Source: the human T2T-CHM13v2.0 reference genome, Homo sapiens. From it: a stretch of DNA of 64,000 nt. A model generated the notes under the pieces. That model was not told where the DNA came from, made no database searches, and saw only the letters and a list, made by a program, of their open reading frames with translations. How positions within the stretch are numbered: position 1 is the stretch's first letter; the number at the start of each line of letters is the position of its first letter. Location of the stretch: NCBI RefSeq assembly GCF_009914755.1, contig NC_060936.1; one strand, given 5' to 3'. Positions 60,270-64,000 of the stretch are shown in pieces. The position numbers and the translations under genes are program-made.

Positions 60270-63064
60270 TCACATATTTAAATATTAGGTCCTAAAGACT
60301 GCATGCTCTCTTTCCCATGTTTACTGAAGGGCTCCACCCTGAAACCAATAATCTAACTAAGAAACAAGACTAAGTTAAAAAGCCAAAATACAACTTTGTA
60401 GCATTAGCTGGCTATCCTAAAAAGAAATTTATGTCTTTAAGGAAATCTCTTGTAAGGGTGCTTACCTGTGTACATTAGGAACTTTTACCATTGTTTTAAA
60501 TTTACAAATATGCTTTTGTTTAAGGTACCTTTTTTGGTTGTCTTAATTGAACTTTTACTTACAGCATTTTTTCCCTTTGGTTTGATGATGCAGTACTTAG
60601 GCTTAATTTCTTAGCCCTGTGATTTTAAAATACAAATTCTCTATCTTGTTTTACCAAAGTTGTGCCTTTAGAAATGCAAATTTAAGGTTGCCTAGCCAAC
60701 AATTGCCTAAGGCAATAAGGCAGGTAATTGAAAGAAATTGACAGTCTAAAATGGGAGAAGCGAACTTAAAAAACTGGCGAATAATGAACTTATAAATCTA
60801 CAAGATCTGCTTCTATGTCTGTATGTCTATGTGTTTATACATGTCATTTGAATGTGATGTTTTACTACCAAAATATATAAAAGAGCTCTAGTTAATTGGC
60901 TTTAAAATAATAAGCACTTAAATTAAATATTTTAACAGAAAGATAAAAATTTTAACTCAAAGACTTTTAGTTCACGTGACTTTACTAAACTTTAGTAAAT
61001 AGAGATAATTTGCAAATTTTTGATAAAATAATCAGAATGTCTTCCATTGAATTTAGACGTTTCATTTGAATTATTCCAGCAGGTCAGATATTGTCTCTGC
61101 TAGATACTTTAAGGGATAAAACTTTGCTTCTATTTCCCTGTAAATTTAGGTGTTTACATATAAGCCATTGGGGGCCATGGGGAAGTCTACCTTCAGGCAT
61201 TGTCTTTTGTCCTGAGCTTTGCTCCTTGTACGTAATTAAAATTTCTAAACTTCTAGGTTTTTCACTAAAAATAAGAATTACTATGAGTTAACTGTATAAT
61301 GTATGTACACAAAGCTAATGGATATAAAACATCTCTGTATATAAAGTGTATAAGGAAAGCAGGATGTGTTTGGTAAATAGAAGGGTTATAAGAAGGCATG
61401 GAAATACAGTTTTTGCTAAAGTGAAAGTAATTTTGTCTAATTTAGAAGTTTTAAGGATGTATTTCTTTATAAGATTTTATTAAAATTAGCTTTAGTGTTA
61501 ATAATACACTATACATAGGTTTTCTCTTTTAAACAAGATTTCTGTGTAATATTTAGAGATAATAAAATATTTTTGTTTACCTTTTGAGTAAACTGCAAAA
61601 AAAATAAGAGTAAAGGGAGAGAAGACACAGATTCAGATGACTTCATGCCATCTTTATTAGCCTTTATTGTTTGGGAAAGATATTCTTCTATTACAGAGTA
61701 AGGGTTTTTGCTTTTTAAAATCTTTGAATTATCATTTTGGCTAAATGGATGACTTACTTTACAGAGATCTGTGCTCTTATTTTGTCATATCAAGCGTTTT
61801 AATGTTTGCTATTTGACAAACTTTCCAAAATCAAAATTTCAAGTTCTAAATTCAGTCTTTTTGACTTTATTAAGTTTTTTAGATACTAGGTTCCCTGAAG
61901 TCTGAAAAAAAGACATATTCGGATTATTTGATATGTTAAAAATCATAAAGAAAGCATTGTCAAATATGAAACAATGTTTTCCTTTCTTTGGGTTCTATTT
62001 ATATAAATGTTACTAATATGTGTTCTATTATTGTATGAAGTTCCTATAATTCTGATACATCTTAATATATAAGTAATAATTATTATTATGTTAAATTATT
62101 GTATGCCACAGAAATAACAAAATTTTCTTACCAGTTATGTCTTTAACTGTTACTCTCCTAAGACTGTCATCCACAGATATTGTTTTATTTCGATTCTTCT
62201 CAAAAAAACAGTTTATAATCTGCCATAGTCCAAAATTTCCTTCTTTAATAAAATTAATTGAAAGGAGTTCACCAGTACTCCTGAATACAGGTTTCTGATA
62301 ACTTTGGAAATCATACCATTGGACTAAACAAATGAACAAACAAACAAAAAACATCTTCCAAGATTCTAAAAGGCTGATAGTGTTCATGAGAATTGCTAAC
62401 TGAATATCAAGCAGAACAAGAGCTCTGGAGCCTGGTACCTTGTCTACACAGTTCCTTCACAGGATTCCTGACCTGTGATAAGTGAAAAAATGTTACTTTC
62501 TGACAGGCCCAGGAACCCCAAGTTATCTTGAGACTTCATGAAAAGAGAAATTCACTCAATCCCTACAGGCATCTTGCAGATATTCAAATCCTTGGCTAGG
62601 CTCAAAAGGCTTTAAAAAGTGTAACCTGAGATTTCTTATGTTAAAAAACGTTTCAGCAAAGCCATTTTAAAAGGATCCTATAGGATAAATAATTATTCTT
62701 GGAGCAGCTTTTGCAAATAATCAGGCAAAGTAAAGTGAGACTAAAATTTATTTTGCAAATAAATTGGTCCTACTATGATGTTGTCTTTGATAACAATGTG
62801 GGACTGGAGAGAGAAAAATTGTGTTTCAAAAGAAACTATAGTACACCTGTTACTAGATTCTAGCGCTGTCCATTGTTTTTCAGTTTTTATCATTTGTGTA
62901 CAATTTAACTAGACTGGATCCTGAATACTACCTACAAGGCTGCAAAGTAGTGTTTCCAAAAATTTTCTTCTCCCATTTTTCTGTCTTGGAATCACTAGAA
63001 ATTATAACTGCTTTTCTTAAAGCCCTGTAAGCTGAAGTTAGGCAACTTATTTATATGTATAAAT

Positions 63065-63079
63065 GCACACACACACACA

Positions 63080-63113
<34 letters not shown>
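63065..63113 (+). repeat. (CA)n microsatellite
   Basis: Direct reading. Confidence 0.95.
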
Positions 63114-63116
<3 letters not shown>

Positions 63117-63771
63117 CCCACATTCTTGCCTGCCTCCTGATGTGTGGACATCTCGGTAATATAGCCTGAATCAGTTATCCAAGATTGTTTTCCCTTTTGT
63201 TGCTATAATCTGGCTTTGGTCCCCCTCTTTTTCCCTCCTTTTCCCCCAGTCTTTCTTTGCCTACATTTCCCCCCCTTCTTTCTTCCTCCCCTTATTTTAC
63301 TCTGTGGGACATAAGACTCTGTGATCTCCTAGAATGAGCCTTCCTAACAATGTGGGACCTATCCTTCTAGGAATAAAGCATTGTAGTGGCAAGGGATCAG
63401 ATCAAGTCTGTGACGAGAGACTCATTTTCTTTTACAATACTTTCCCCAAAATATTTTGAACAATAGGAGGGATATATAAAAGAAAAATAAAATCTCAGGA
63501 CCCGAAACACTGTGCAAAAAGGAAAGTTAGGCTCGGGAACTAGGTCATGCAAAAACTGATTTTTTTGTTGTTGTTGTTACCAAAGAGATGCAATTTCACA
63601 TGCTGACTTTATATTATGTAAAATGTAAATTTACGGAGTACAATCCGAATGCATAATCGGCCGTTTCTCCACTCCTTCTTTTTACATGTAAAATGTAGAT
63701 TCAGTGAGTGTGAATCAAAGCCTCATAAGAATGTAACCATTTGCCTTGTGGTTACACAAGAATGTAACCAC

Positions 63772-63906
63772 TTTCCAAAGAAGGTTTTGAGAATATTAAT
63801 ATTTAAAGACAAAAGAGTGAGCAGGGCTTTTCTTTTCTTTCTTCTTTCTCTTCCTGCTCACTCTCTTGTCTTTAAATATTGAAGTCCTCAAAACCTTCTT
63901 TGGAAA
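63772..63906. repeat. 54-bp inverted repeat (63772-63825 / 63853-63906)
   Basis: 49/54 complementary; 27-bp pyrimidine-rich spacer. Confidence 0.95.
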
Positions 63907-64000
63907 AAGTGTAAGTCTCAGATTGTACTGTAACTTACTTGTTTTTTTTTGTTTTGTTTTTTGTTTTTTTTCCCCCATGTGCATCCTCAACCTTGGCAAA

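Overview
Human (or very close hominid) genomic DNA from the NK gene complex, recognisable as 12p13.31. It contains the complete CD69 gene on the minus strand: 5 exons, a 600-nt CDS, a TATA/AP-1/Sp1/NF-kB promoter, an upstream enhancer cluster and a 3'UTR rich in miRNA sites. It also contains the 5' part of CLECL1/DCAL-1 (minus strand; exon 1 plus intron 1, with the lectin-domain exon left of the window). The rest is dense in repeats: Alu, L1, MIR/L2, MaLR, an LTR12 solo LTR and a heavily nested ERV1 provirus from about 51.7 kb to the window end. The main observation is that CLECL1 intron 1 holds two hidden ancestral exons. One is a transmembrane exon (5787-5872) broken by a 1-nt frameshift; the other is an intact symmetric stalk exon (3760-3867). 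With the internal Met79 and the VVYADI motif they rebuild a classical ITIM-type, type II C-type-lectin-like receptor, which suggests the annotated DCAL-1 ORF is a re-purposed remnant. Other points of note are a duplicated, partly inverted block carrying two full CTCF sites 3' of CD69 with CpG-preserved repeats beside them, and several template-switch-like inverted or tandem duplications. Repeat family names come from recall of consensus sequences and boundaries are approximate.
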